Below are positions 1-13,851 of a stretch of DNA of 64,000 nucleotides, piece by piece; within the stretch, counting starts at the first letter, position 1, and the number at the start of each line of letters is the position of its first letter. The position numbers and the translations under genes were made by a program. This DNA is from Hyphochytrium catenoides (Eukaryota; Protista; Hyphochytriomycota), in NCBI GenBank assembly GCA_900088475.1, contig FLMG01001983.1, positions 54,116 through 118,115 of the forward strand, written 5' to 3'. The notes below the pieces were generated by a model, which saw nothing but the letters and a program-made list of their open reading frames with translations, ran no database searches and was not told where the DNA came from.

Positions 1-2
1 TT

Positions 3-2435
3 CGCCAAGGCGTCCAATGGATCTACTGGGAGGTCATTCTCTTCTTGGTTACCGCGTCCACTTCTTGTCTCCCTACCAGTGTTCATCTGCAGCAGTGTGC
101 TCTCGCTTAAGGGACGCATCAATGGATCGCAGAGATGTAAAGCGATCTCATCCGTCATCAGCAGCTGTCTGGCTAGGCCCGAGTAAGATACAGTTGAAGA
201 GAACTGCAGCAACTCTTTCAGTATGTCAATAGCTATGCAGTTGGACTCCCTCAGCGCACAGGCTGCCACCTTGTTAAGCAGAGGCGGATGCTTGGCCATT
301 TCCGCCAGTACTACCATCGAATTCTTAGGGCCATCGGGCTTCACTGAGGAGACGCCTCCTCCTCGAATAGCTCCCCTGACAATCCACAAAACTTCGTCAT
401 TCAAGCGACTACGGCGCGCATGCCCCGCCGCCTCCTCGCCATTCATCGCATGATGGACGGTGTCATCGATTGTGAGGAGTTCGGTAAAGCGCAGGGTCAC
501 TGGAGAGGGCTTCTGGTGTTGCGAGGTAGTAGTGGAAGACGAGATCCAGAGGTCTTGGAGAGAGGTATTTAGTTGAACTCTGTTGAGATGACCGCGGTAC
601 TCTCGCGGTGGTGCTGAAGCCTTCTTGCAAAGGACGTGCACCATCTTCGACACGTAATCAAGTGACATGTCCTCTTGGCCCCTGGGGGCGGCGTTAGTGT
701 CATCATCGTCATCATCGGGCAAATAAGCTTGTTGAAAGATGTTCCGACATTTGTAAGCGAGGACGCTTGCGAGACTTTCAATGTCGCTCATCAGTGTGTG
801 CTCCGTTGGATGAGCGAACTGAAGGTCAACAAACATCCTCAACACGTGAACCAAAGCATCGTCATGAACTCCGTCGGCTATCTTGAGATCGAATCTCACG
901 CCATCCCATGGGTATAGATCAGACCACACGAAAAAATTTAGCCGCTCGGACAACTCGTTGGCAATGTCAATGGTGAGGCCCTCGGTTAGAAAAAGCTTCA
1001 GGTACTGTTGCAGATAATCGCTGTTCGTAAATACTTGCCGCAGATTCATGTCGCCATCTCCTAACGTCGCTAACAGTGATGACCAGGCGCCCAGGTATAA
1101 CATTCCAGGCTGCGCTTGATCCAGACGTTGACGATCGGGGGGCAACAAGCTTTCGCCGCGTCGTGCGGCCGCCACAGCGCTCTTGATCGCCGTGGTTGCC
1201 CAGCGAAGCAATATCGCCATCACATCGCTGGCTCTCAGTATCTCAAGAAAGTGTGGGTCGTGGTCTATTCTATCGTACTGTTGCCAATGGTGTTTAAACG
1301 GATAGAATAGCCATTGCAGAGCCCGGCCCATGTACAGAAGTCTATCCTCGGCTTCTTGTCTCCTACGGGCATACGTTGACTCGTCCTCCACATTCATATC
1401 TCTGTCTTGAGCAGCGACCTCTTCCTCGTCGATGGCCCGGACAAGAGAGACTGAGAGCTCAGCCAGCCCTCGGTCCAGAGAGGCTCTGAATTGCCTACTC
1501 CGTAAAACGTGTTGCCCTCCTCTGTTGTAGATCAACTGCCAGAAAATGGTCTCCAGGTCGTCCACCGTTCTAACGTCGTGTGTGCCGTCTCTTGACAGTC
1601 GCTGCGATGCCATTGCCCTCAGACAACGGAGCAAGGCGGGGCAAACGGAATCGCTAGCAAGGTAGTCTTGCACGGCATAGGGATGAGTATACAAGCCCGA
1701 GGACCATTTGTCACTCAGAACGCCGTCAAAGGCAATACGTGCAGCGTCGGCCCGATGCGCGGTAGTAAGGAGTTTCCTTTCATCTACAATGATAGCAAAG
1801 AGAGAGAGCAGAAGCCTGCTGTTCTCCCCAACGAGGTCAAGCGTCACAAACCCTTGGAGCTTCCTTTCCATTTCAATAGGATCACATTTCTTCATCTCCT
1901 TCCTGCAGAAGCTTCCGACAGTCTCAGGGATCGCCAGCGGCCAATGCTCTAGCACTTCCCCAGAGATCGCTCTCCTCCACCTCTTCAGGTCTTCTCTCCG
2001 TGAAGGGATGGCGATAGAGACAATGTCGCCCAGGCTCATCTCTAAAAAGAAGGCCTTGAGCAGCGAGAGACATTGAGCAATTGTCGTCTCATGGCCCTCC
2101 TTGGCCATGCCTTGATGCTGCTGCTGGCTTGTTGTCAGCAGCAGAGAAGCGCGGTGAGTTCCGTCCCCCTCCTGAGTGCTCGCAGACTGGAGTAGCTGCA
2201 ATGCAGCCAGGGACTCATAGGCCTGCATCAGCAGCGTCGAAACGCTCTCAAGGGACTTGGGAGCCGCCGCTCCCCAAGTGTCATCCGCCTGCACTGTCTC
2301 ATCTGCCCTCTCTCCTCCACCTCTCCTCCTCCCAAGCGATCCCTCCTGGTCGCCTCCTTCAGCAGCATCGCGGACGATGCGACCTTCAACCACCATTTGA
2401 TCCTTTCCTCGCTCGATCGTATCAGCTCGCTCGAC
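3..2435 (-). CDS. Large exon of an uncharacterised helical protein, truncated by the window's left edge
   Basis: Manual translation of the minus frame is stop-free from 2582 to base 3 (860 codons), so the track missed it for lack of a stop codon. Probable acceptor ...ttgctttcag| at 2436-2437; first in-frame ATG at 2396. The peptide is protein-like (ETIFWQLIYNRGGQHVLRSRQFRASLDRGLAELSVSL, LQQYLKLFLTEGLTIDIANELSERLNFFVW). Upstream exons not resolved. Confidence 0.8.
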
Positions 2436-2769
2436 CTGAAAGCAAGGCACACACTGGTGCCAGTACCGCCTCCTGACAAATCCTCCGTGAGACTTTACGC
2501 AAGCAAACGAGCTTCTCAGGGAGGAAAAAAGCGGCAATGGGATGATGGGGAAGCGGGAGGTTGCCGCCTGCTGCTGCTGCTGTCAAGAGGAAGAAGTACG
2601 CGATCTAGAGCGTCTCAGGGCCGTGAGACTGATCAGTGAGAGACGAAGGAAGATCATCTGCTGGGTCGCTCGGTCGGTCGGTGGGGCTTTAATCAAATTT
2701 TTGAGTCGTAGTTTTATTCCCCCTCCAGTCTCAGTTCTTAGGATGGACAGTATACGAGGTCAATACAGA

Positions 2770-3030
2770 GATAGAGGAGGAGGAGAGGAGAGGAGAGAGG
2801 AGTTTCGGGTTACTTCATCGGTAGGGCAGCGGAGAAGGAGATGCACAGGAGAGGAAGGGAGGGGAAACAGAGAGGAGGAGGAGCAAGGGGGGACAGGAGG
2901 GGGAAAGAGAGCGAGTAGAGCGCTGGGGANNNNNNNNNNNNNAGGGGAGGAGGTGTCGACAGCAAGCGGTGAGAGATAAGAGGACATGATGGGGAGAAGA
3001 AGAGGCGAGACGAGAAGAGAGCGAAGACAG
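2770..3030. repeat. Purine-rich (GAG/AGG/GA) low-complexity tract containing an N gap (2930-2942)
   Basis: Directly visible GA/GGA-rich sequence around the gap. Confidence 0.85.
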
Positions 3031-3559
3031 ATGTGATGTCATCACAGGTGGCTAGACTGCAGAAGATGCAGTTGCATGAAGAAGAGGAGGAGTGGACTGA
3101 GTGTGGCCCTGCTCCAGAGCGGGTGGGTTGATGATGGGGGTTGGCATTCTCACCTACCGTGATGATGCTGAGGACGAGGAGGACGAGGAAAATGAGGAGG
3201 AGTCTGGAGGAGGTAGAAGCAGTACTACGAGGGAGGAGAGGAGAAAGTAAAGCCTTTAGCAGGAGGAGGAGGTCGGACGACGAGAGAGAAAGAAGGCCCT
3301 TGTTTGGACACTTGGGTAAGACGCGCTCAGGCCATACATAACAACAGAGCATCGGAGACCCAGAGAGAAACAGGAGGTGAATAAACTTGTCGTTAGCGGC
3401 TAGAAACGTTAAAGTACTACAGTACCCCACAGACAGTCAGTCACCTCTGAACAGAAAGGGGCCTTGCCTGGCGGCGAAGGGATCCCAGATAGCATCAAGA
3501 AGCTACTGGTTCATTTCTACTTCTATTGACCACTTTAGAAAGCATTTATAAAGCATTAA

Positions 3560-3900
3560 AAAAGGAAGCGAAAAGAGAAAAAGAAGAAGAGGAAAAGAAG
3601 AAAGAAGAAGAAGAAGAATGACGAAGAAGTGCTGGAAGAGACCAGAGGAGACAACAAAGATTAGAATCAGAAAGACCAGAAGAAGGGAGAACGAGAGACG
3701 ACAAGGAAGATGAAAGCAGAAGAAAAGGTAAAAGATAAGAAAAGAAGAAAAAGAAGAAAAGATAAGAACAAGAAGAGAAGACGAAGAAGAAGCGGAAGAT
3801 CGCAGAGGAGACAACAAACACTAGGACCAGAAAAGAGGAAAATAGAGGATAGAAAGAGAGAAGCAATGAAAGTTGAAAGAAGAAGAAAGCAATGAAAGGC
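3560..3900. repeat. Degenerate (GAA)n/(GAAA)n simple repeat
   Basis: About 340 nt that is strongly A/G-dominated on the + strand, e.g. aaagaagaagaagaagaa. Confidence 0.9.
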
Positions 3901-5270
3901 TGAAAGAGAAGAGGAGGTCCCTCCTGCGTTTTACTACTATTGTTTATATGGTGCTGCTGGCGCTTCTTTCCACCAAGCAAACCTAAAGAGACAGCTGCAG
4001 CCGCTGCTGGAGCTCCTGGTGCCTCATCCATTGGTCATGAATAGTAGCTGCAGTAGATTTGTGTAGGCATTGCAGATGGAGCACTTCATTTTGGTGCCAG
4101 GAGGTTTTGGGCCGCGTTTATTTGTTGTTGCCGCCCATATTTTATAATTAGCTGCTGCTGCTACTACTGGTTCTGGCAACAAGGGAGAGAGGAGGACCAG
4201 CCGCCAGCAACAATAGCGAACGTAGTATGGAGGTCCAGAAAACAGACCCAGCCGGGTCGGAAGAAGATGTACCTAAAGGAGTCGTCGTGGTCAGTCGGCG
4301 GTCTCTATTTTCAATTCCACTGCTACTAGCTGTATGTCGTAATGCTTGTCTACAGCTATGGGTACTCTTGGATTGCAGCTGCTGCTAGTATCTCACAAGA
4401 AGCAGCAAATGACTACTTCGGAAGCAAAGCGACGGTAGTTGTTAGAAGAAGACTAGGAAAAAGGGCGGCGGCGAGAAGAGGAGTGATGAGAAGATTGAGA
4501 AGAGAAGAGGAAATGAGCGAGGAGGTGGTGGCGGGAAGCACCGTTCAAAGAAAGCGGGCCCGCTGGTGCTTTAATGGTGGGCGGAATGAACTGGACTGGC
4601 TGAGAAGACTGTCACGCTTATTTACTTGCTCTTCTGATGCAATGACCTGGCAGCTTAAAGCCCTCAAAGTGTTCTTAACTACACTCATCCTTATTCCTAA
4701 ACCTGTCATGCTGATATCTAATATGATCAGTACACAGTACGTAACACCACTTAAAGTCATACAGATCACAAACTGAGGCATGCTAATTTGCAACTAGTGC
4801 AATTTATGGTTGATGTTCCCGACCTAATTCCTAATGCAGACCTAAGCCCCCTACCCTTTTAAAATAAGAAGCTTGCCGATTCCTGATTATTTATGTTCGA
4901 GATTTTTTTTTTTGTGGTAAGTAAGTCCTTTTGGCTCCCGAAGTTCCTGGCTTGACCTTCTTGTAGATCCAGGGACTTGAGGCCCACCCACGCTAGCACT
5001 AAAGGATAGGTTTAGAATGGGTGGGCTGGATATCGGCCAAACTACTGCTCGAAGCACTACTGATTGAGCCGCTGAAGCTGCAAGCTTCAAAAGACACACA
5101 GCTTGAGGCAGTCGTATTTGTCCCAAGCTGAAGCAGCTCGGAAGAATCTGCAGACGCAGTGCTTCAAGCACGAAGCAGATCTCACTAAAGGTAGATCTCT
5201 CCGGTTGACATTGTCTTGGCCTAGTAGCCCCAGTAAGAGTCGCGCCAGCGAACTCGAAGCTCTCAAGAAG

Positions 5271-8200
5271 ATGTCAGGCAGTCACTTGAGCCGTGATTTT
5301 TTTGACTTAGTGAAGGCTATTGGAGAGTCAAAGTCCAAACAGGTGAGCTGCTACCGCGCTCAATCTGGAATTGAGTTGGAAATAAACCTGCTCTCTGTAG
5401 GAGGAGGACCGAATCATTATCAAGGAAGTTGCGCAGCTGAAGAAGCAGATGCAAGAGAAGGAGACCTCCAAGAAGCGACAGAAAGAGTTTGTCATCCGCT
5501 TGATGTATGTTGAGATGCTTGGGCATGATGCGTCCTTTGGCTACATTCGAGCAGTTGAGCTGACTGCAGCGACGAACCTCATTCAGAAGCGCGTCGCCTA
5601 CCTATGCTGTGCGCAGTGCCTGTCCCCATCTCACGAGTTTAGGTTCATGATTGTCAACCAGCTTCAGCGTGATATGCAATCCTCTAATCATTTGGAGGTC
5701 ACTGCAGCCTTGACCGCTGTCTGCAAGCTCGTGACAATTGAAATGATCCCAGCTGTGGCTCCAATTGTCACAGAACTACTCCGCCATGAAACTGAGATTG
5801 TCAGAAAGAAGGCGGTGATGGCTCTGCAGCAATTTTCCCGCCTCAACCCGGACTCTGTCTCACATCTAGGCGATCAGATTCGACGAATTCTATGTGATCC
5901 CAGTCCAAGCGTCATGGGGGCCACCCTATGCATTCTTTATGACTTGGCTCAAGCCAATCCGGCGGCTTACAAGGATCTTGTGCCCAGTTATGTCAGCATT
6001 TTGAAGCAGATTACGGAACACCGGCTACCCAGGGAGTTCGATTACCATCGCATCCCTGCACCTTGGATTCAGATCCGCTTACTGAAGATCCTGGCCATAC
6101 TGGGCCAAGCAGACCAACAGACCAGTGAGGGCATGTATGAAGTTCTTCATGACGTTATGCGCAGAGCAGATACGGGCATCAACGTGGGCTATGCAATCAT
6201 CTACGAGTGTGTTAGGACCATCACAGCCATCTATCCCAATAGCACCTTACTGGACGCTGCTGCCTCCAGCATCTCCAGATTTATTAGCAGTGACAATCAT
6301 AACCTCAAGTATCTGGGCGTCACAGGCCTAGCGGCTATAGTCAAAGACCACCCCAAATATGCTGCAGCACACCAAATGGCCGTCATTGACTGTCTCGAAG
6401 ACCCAGACGAGTCGCTTAAGCGGAAGACCTTGGATTTGTTGTACCGTATGACCAACCCTGTCAATGTGGAGTTTATCACAGAGAAACTTACGCAATTTCT
6501 AAGGGAGACAAACGATGAGTTTCTGAAGAAAGAACTTGCGGAACGAATTACTCAGTGTGCAGAAAGATTTGCTCCTAGCAATGGGTGGTACATCCAGACG
6601 ATGACCAACGTCTTCGAGCTTGGAGGAGGACTGGTGAAGGAAGAAGACGCCCATAATCTTATGAGGCTTATTGCTGAAGGCAGCGGAGAGGACGACGAAG
6701 CCGATGAGGAGCTGCGCAGGGATGCCACAGAAACGTATCTGGAACTTCTAGACAAGTCAGTACTACCTGACATTCTTTCCCAAGTGATGGCATGGACTCT
6801 GGGAGAGTACGGCTATTTATCAGAGACTATGTCCCTTGAGGAGATTGCTGAACGTCTTTGCGAGCTCCTGGGCCGCACTCACGATGACCCTGCCAAAACA
6901 CGAGGCTATATACTCGCCGCCTTAACGAAGATTACAGCCCAGCTAAGCAGGCGGCTTCCCTGCGTGGATGAGGTGATGGAGAAGTATAGAGAAAGCCAGT
7001 ACACAGACCTTCAGCAGCGCTGCTATGAGTACATCGCACTGGTCTCAAATCCACAGCTTATGCAACGAGTATTGCCAGTGGATGCCAGCTGCGAGGACAT
7101 TGAGGTAGACCCCAACCTCGAGTTTCTTCGTGGCTTCGTGGAAGAGGCCGTTAGTCGCGGGGCTTCTCGATACAATCCTCCCGTTGATGAAGAGGACGAT
7201 GAATATGGCGACACCAGGCATGTAAAGGGGACTCAGGGACTGAAGCTAGACGCCTATGAAAAACCATCTATCCCTACGGCCCCTATTCCCCGGAGCAATC
7301 CTCCATACGAACCTCAGCCCTACGGCGGTGGTGCACCAGGATCCTATCCTACGACTCCTGCCGCGTATGGAGGTCCGGCTGGTGCAAGTCTTGCTGGTCC
7401 AGGTCTCGACTCCCTTAAAAGACAGGCAAAGCCAGTATGGGGACACCATCAATGGGGCGCCCCCGCGGCTCCTCCAGCACCAGAGCCACCCAAGCCAGGC
7501 TATCCACCTGCTCAACCCGACTATGGCAGAGCCCCCTCTGCCTCACCAGTCAGTCCTCAAGAAGAAGAGGTGGAGGAAGAGGAGGGGCCTCACGAGCTCA
7601 GTGAGAAGGAGCGCACGGCAGCGATGCTTTTTGGAGGAGTTCCTGGTGCACAGGGTGGTACATCGGCGAGAACGGGCTCGCAAAGGCCGTCGGGAAGGGC
7701 GTCGAGGACTGGGAGAACGCCAGCTACAAAAGCAAGTCCAGCCGCAACATCTACTGCCCCATTGGCTGGCGCTGCCGGTGCCATCCCCACAGGAAGGAGA
7801 CCTCCAACCAAAGGGCCAGGTAGCCGCTCCAGCTCTAATCGTTCATTAGGTTCCGTAGCTGCAGCTGGAGAAGCCCAACAATCCGCCCCAATAATTGATC
7901 TTCTGGATATGTCCTTTGATGATACTCCTGCAGTCGGTGCAAGTGCTCCAAATGCTTCTCCTATTCTAGACCCTTTTCAAACAACGGAGGCTTCTCCCTC
8001 TACAGCTCCTACCTCTTCCGCCCCTGTACCTCCGCAAGCTTCTCTTGACCCTTTCTCTTCTATGCCCTCTATGGCATCAACGCTTCCTACCACGATGTCG
8101 TTGCCCCCACAGCCCGCTGAAGTAGGGCTAAGCTTCAATGGCCATCCTTTGGAACCAGCGGTTATGAGGACCCCGGAATTCGGCAACTTGTGGGGATCGC

Positions 8201-8469
8201 TAAAGGCAGAAACTAGTGTCAAGATCCCTTCCTCTGTCCGTTCGTTATCGGACTATGAGGGCCGAGTTCGGCCACTACAGCTCCACGTAGTAGAGACCAT
8301 TCAGGCCACAAATGAGGCGATCTCGGCTGCCAGACTGGCTGGCTCGGATGTCTTTGGCCTGGTACATGCGAAGATCCGATCTGCAGGCTTCCTACACCTT
8401 ACAGTCAAGAGTCCAGATCCAAATTTCACACAGTACATTGCGCAGGCATTGCAGCAGAGTTTGAAATAA
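5271..8469 (+). CDS. AP4E1: AP-4 adaptor complex subunit epsilon (2 exons; intron 5343-5400)
   Basis: MSGSHLSRDFFDLVKAIGESKSKQ|EEDRII start joined across a GTGAG...TAG intron; Adaptin_N motifs (YVEMLGHDASFGYI, FDYHRIPAPWIQIRLL, CLEDPDESLKRKTLDLL, VLPVDASCEDIEVD); long Pro/Ser linker; C-terminal appendage (TPEFGNLWGSL). Confidence 0.95.
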
Positions 8470-8743
8470 AGGATAGGCTAATGATAATACTATTGGTGGT
8501 TACACCGCTGTAACGAGCGAACTGTACGTGGAGAACTCAACGCAAAGACCGTGATCAAGGCAAAGACCGTGATCCGAAAAAGGTTAGACTGACAGCGGGA
8601 GAGCATCTGAACATGCGACAGAGAGTGACATCACGGAAGTAATGAACAGACGAGATGAATAACAGACTAGGCTTAGGTGGAGAAGACAGTCAGGACAAGC
8701 ATCTCAAATGTTGACGGGAGAAGGGTACACTTCGCTTCAGGCC

Positions 8744-10806
8744 CTATGGCGATGAATTTGGGCAAGGGGCTTTCACCTTCTCTAGATTGGCGACAATTTG
8801 CGCCACGAGGCGGCAGGTGGTGGAGATATTGTCCTTTCTTTGATGGTGAAGCTGTAGGATCGCGTCAGTACATAAGGCATATGTTAGTCAATCCACTGAT
8901 TTCTGTCGTACCTGATGAAGGCACTCCAGCATCTCATGAGCAGAACCTTGGACCGCCTGTTCACTGCCAAACCCCAATGTGCCTCTGTGCATTAGAATCA
9001 ACGCGACCGTCCACAGGGACTCCTCATTGCTCTCAGCTACTCTCTTCCACTTTAGCACTGTAATGAGGGCCCGAAAGAACCTATTCAACGACATCCGGAG
9101 ACAGCAGTCAGCGCGGTCTGTTTGATGTACGAGAGATATGCTCACCTCTCATTGTATAGCTTCCTACTTAGTCTAGGTGGCAGGGGATCCTCTGTCAGAG
9201 CTTCCATGAGTAGCAAAGCGAACAGGGCCGCACCATAGGCTCTTCCTCTAAGCAAGCCAATTAGGATGTCCATTAACCCCAGTGCCAGGAGCTTCTCTTT
9301 CACGCCAGGACATAGAGAAAGGCTTGTCAACAGCTGCAGGGGAACAATGATCAGGCTCTCAGCCTATGGCATGGAAGGAGAGAGGACGGGAAGGGCAACA
9401 GTCAGTTATCACATAATCGGTGAGACCTGCCGTGTAGCTAGCGCATTACCTCCATAAGAAAGTCTACTACTGATTCCAAGAAGGTATCTGAGCTGCAGGC
9501 TAGCGCAGAAGCTAGCTTCCGATGGTCCCTAGGCATACGGAGTGGACCAGAAGGGAATCATGGGCTGTGTGAGGTAAGGCTGAGTAAGGAAGGTCATCAG
9601 GAGAACTCCTGACTGTCAGATATATACCCGACATCACGTGCTTACAGATAGAGAAAGCCTTCCAAGTACGCGGAGACACAAAGAGAGAGCAAGGAACAAG
9701 AACTCACGATGAACTCTGGCACTTGGCGAAGCATTCATTAAGCTCTTGGGCTAAATAGACTTTCTGAAAGGCTGGCACCTCCGCTGACCACTGTAGCACC
9801 AACAAAACGAACTCAAAAAGACCGTCATCATTATCCTATCTCAACGATAAAGTTGGGCACCTGGCGACACAGTTCTCGTCCTCTGCAGATTAGCTGTGTC
9901 GAAAGACAATAATAAGTTCCTTTTCCCTACAGAGCTTGCTTCACTAAAAGTATAGCTAACCTTCTGCAACCGCAGTTCGGAGAAACTAGGTACAGCGGGC
10001 GCCTTACCCTCCGACTCGTAGTCTCCTGAAGCTTGACTCATGGTGTGGAACTTCAAGCTTTTAAACCCTTAGCATTCCCCATCTCTCTCGTCCTGTGGCA
10101 GATCCATATAAGGGCTACCAGGGTTCATGCATACGGCACGGATCTTGAGGAACAACTTCCCACTCGACGTCTATCCTGACTATTCTCCCTAGATCGACAG
10201 TCTTTACTGAAGCCTAACTACTTCCTCTCACCAAGCCCGCTGGCGTCCCAAACATTCTCGTACATCCTGGGGCCTCCTCTCCTAATATCCTCACGCTTCA
10301 GTCTTGACTGGAGGTCTATGCGCTGTCTATGAGGAGTCGATGACGGTCCAAAGGCCGATAAAGCTTCAGAAAGCCAACCGCCGATGATGGTTCGTTTGTT
10401 CATTCGTCCAATGACTCTTCGTGTGAAAGGGAAGATTGCTCCAGGTGACGCTGGTATTACACGAGGGTTAGAGGCATGGAGTCCAAGGCGTATTACTACG
10501 GGCCAGCCCTCTTTTGATAGCGATGGCTTCCATCTCGAGAGAAGAGACAGAGGGAGGGAGAGGTATATGTAAGTCAAGATTTGGTAATGGCGAAGAGAGT
10601 TAAATCACAAGACAGAGAATGAGAGAAAGACGATGAACTGAGCTCAGAATGCTGATCGAGCCATCATAGTTCCTACCCAACAAAATCACTCACCCTTGAT
10701 GACAAGCTGTTGCGGCTGTGGAGGTCAGATGCCAGCGAGAGTCATCCACACAGAACTGGAAGGCAGAGTCGGTTAGGCCATAAGAGGCCTCGCCGCACAC
10801 TCGCAT
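8744..10806 (-). CDS. Hypothetical protein with an ARM/HEAT-like C-terminal half (~7-8 exons; 5' end uncertain)
   Basis: Phase-consistent GT-AG chain giving ...DHRKLASALACSSDTFLESVVDFLME|AESLIIVPLQLLTSLSLCPGVKEKLLALGLMDILIGLL...LYNER|FFRALITVLKWKRVAESNEESLWTVALIL...ECLHQ|LHHQ...NSSP*; stop at 8744-8746; candidate ATG at 10806. Confidence 0.55.
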
Positions 10807-11057
10807 GTTCTACGTCTGCCACTGGCACATCTTGAGGTCTGTCTTCTTCTCTGACTCGAGAGGAGGTTTTTCTCCTCAGGTTAGATCAAAGGGGCCCTCC
10901 TTGGATCGGCAAAGACTGAGCTTCCTCATCACGATGGCGCTAAACGATGGGGTAACCTTAGAGTAGATACTGTGCAGTGATCTTAAGTGGAGCTTTGTGG
11001 GGCAGCCTCCAACACCACGTGGGAGCGTACAAACAGCGTAAGGAAGACAAGATTCAG

Positions 11058-13851
11058 ATGATGAAGCCAAACGACGCTTCTCTTTCTGCTGATGAGGACT
11101 CTTCTCCTGCCCTAGATGAGGAGGGTACCTTCTATAGTATGATAGGAATGGCCCTTGCAATAGGTGCGGCCATCGTGTCCAACCTGGGCGTCAATATCCA
11201 GAAGCAATCACACATCAATGTACGCTGCAATGCTGCTGGCAACGCATTGCTGAGTTCTTCCTTACTTCTTCTTTCTTCTCTCCACTCTTCCATGGGAATT
11301 TGCGGTATCTGTGAGCTCGGGTTTATCTAGTGCATCCTGCCAAATCTCTCCTCCATTTCCCCTGCCATCGCTCTCGCGTACTTTGCCTTCCTCTCAGCGT
11401 GATCTTCTGAGGACCTCGATCTTATCAATCTCGGGTTCCTACTGTGACTCATCTTGTCTTTGCTCACTGTGCAGGAAGATAATAGGCCAGAGTTCCGGCG
11501 CCGACCGTATGTTAGGAGACCCTTGTGGCTATTAGGCATGTCTCTTGTGGTCGTAGCGTCCCTTGGAGACTTCCAAGCACTAGCGTGAGGACGATGTCTC
11601 TGCCTTTTCCCTCTTAAGCGTGCTATCTCGACATCTCAGCTCTCTCTCTCCATCTGGATTCTCTGCCTGCTTTCTCGAGACCTGCCCAACCATCTCATTT
11701 TGCTCATTGGAAGAAATGGTCTCAGTCATAGAGGGCCCTTAGAGCGCTGTAGTACCCTTCTTTGCCCTTTGGCCTGTGGGTACAAAGAGAGTCGTAATGT
11801 GTACTGCTTTAGGTTCGCCCCTCAGGCTCTGGTGGCAGCTGTAGGCGGAGGCATGACAGTTCTAGCAAATGTTGTCTTCGCTCACTGCTGGCTCAAGCAG
11901 GTAATGTCCAGAGCTACTAATCTTTGAATCCGAAAGGAGACATATCTGGACTAGTCTGAAGGGACTGAAAGAGAGAAACCGAAAGAGGACAGAGCGAGAG
12001 AGAGCCATGGTCCGTTGATAAACGAGAGGAACGATGGAGCTGAATCGCGCATAGGCAATCTCGACAAGCCTTGTATTCACAGAAGCTTGTTGGCCTCTTC
12101 CCTCTCTTCCACCCTTTCTGTGATCTTTGCCTTCTGTTTTAGCGCATTCTACCCTCGGACATCCTGGGTACCTTATTTATTGTGGGCGGCATCGTCCTCT
12201 CTGCTTTTGCAAACATTCCAGACAAAGACTTGAAGCTCCATGACCTGGAACAGAAATTTATGAGACCGGGATTCGTTGCCTACGTCCTCACACTGGTGTG
12301 TATTCGCTCCCTGCAGTATAGTCTGGGCAGACTATTTCTCCTTTATGATCCGTTCTCCAGCTATCCGCTTGTTCTCCACAGACCCTGTACATCTGCGGCC
12401 TTCTCCTCCTCTCCTGAGTCTCTCTTCTCCAAGCCTTGTTCTCCTTCTCTTCTTGTCGCTGGCTCGCCAAAATCTTATGACATTTCTCCTCTATCCCTGT
12501 CAACGTACACATCTACAGTCAGTAATAATTGCTGCGACGTGGTTGTATGTGCGGAGAATAGAGTCCCAAGAAGTATCAGCTCGGTCTGCAGCAGAGGCGC
12601 GTCTAGTGCCGTACTTCTATGCCATGTTAGCTGGCCTTTTTGGATCCTTTGCGGTCCTCCTGGCGAAGGTAATCGCTGCGCTCCGCCGTGTCTCTGCCTG
12701 TGCTCGCTTTCTTACGAGGCTGACTTGATATTCCAGTCAAGTCTATCGTTCTGTCTTCTCCTTTACACCGAGATGATTGAAGTATCGTCTGCTGGGTTCA
12801 CTTTCCTCCTATGTGCTTAGTTATCCTTCTAGTAGGTCAGTAACCCATCGCTCTTCTCAGTGTGTCGCTTTGATGGTGTTCCGGACAATGATGGGCAACA
12901 ATCAGTTCTCTTATCCCATCACCTACGTGTTCGTTCTTGGTAAGCGAAGGCCTGGAGATACTCAATACTAAGAGAACAATCTGAGGGCAGACTTCCGGCA
13001 GATGTAGCACTCGCGTTTAGAGGTGACTGCGTTCTGAGCTAAAAGGAAGGAACATAGACGATCGATTGAAGAAGTAGAGGGAGTCCCACAATCCTCACTT
13101 TCTGAGCGTCCTGTTCTTCCAACGGAGAGCAATTATACTAAGTGACCTATCTTCCTAGGTACATTACTGTTTCTGATTCTGCAGACGGACTTGCTGAACC
13201 GTAGCTTGATGAGCGGAGATACTCTCTCCGTTTTTCCTGTCTTCCAATGCTTCTGGATAGGGGTAAGCGCTTGGCCATTGCCTGTTATGTTGGCTGTCCT
13301 GAGGGAGGGCCCTCCCAGTCTTTTGGGCTAAGCGTATTGTGGCTCTCATGCTGTGCTCAGGGTGGAGTCCTTAGTGGGCTGATCTTCTATCAAAAGTTTG
13401 CGGAGTTCGATGTGTTCCAGAGCATTGCCTTCCCGGTGTCCTCGATCCGTACGTTGGACTTTCCTCGTACTATTATCTTTGTAGACAGCTCTGTGCTTGC
13501 TCTTTACGACGAGTTGACGGGAGTCTTTGACCAGGCCGTAGTCTCTCCAAGCTCAGAGCTCTCCTACGTCCATCCAATCAACTTTTCTTCTTCGCACTTA
13601 CCGCTTTGTGCATAGTCATTATGTTAGGCATCTATCTTCTCGCGAAGCACAAGAGAGGAAGCGACATGGACTCTGTGGAACGTCAATACACCTTACGCAT
13701 CCTCCCGCCCTCTCCTGTGCTGGACAGATGGACGACTGTTGGGCGCCGCTCTGCGTCTGCAGATGAGACAACACCGCTCAAGCGTGACAGCAGCAAGCGC
13801 TTGCAGAGACTCAATAGCGATCGAGTCTATCGAAAAGCTCAAATAACATAA
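11058..13851 (+). CDS. NIPA-family (DMT superfamily) magnesium transporter, 8 exons
   Basis: Spliced product has NIPA motifs: IGMALAIGAAIVSNLGVNIQK, PYVRRPLWLLGM...GDFQALAFAPQALVAAVG, LANVVFAHCWLKQ, GLFGSFAVLLAK, LQTDLLNRSL...VFPVFQCFWIGGGVLSGLIFY. Seven GT-AG introns; stop at 13849-13851. Confidence 0.88.

Noticed and set aside
8543-8575. Short tandem duplications gcaaagaccgtgatc x2 here and cgacttttatgtaacgt x2 at 30622-30657
   Set aside because: Two-copy slippage repeats with no spacers; not CRISPR-like or otherwise informative.
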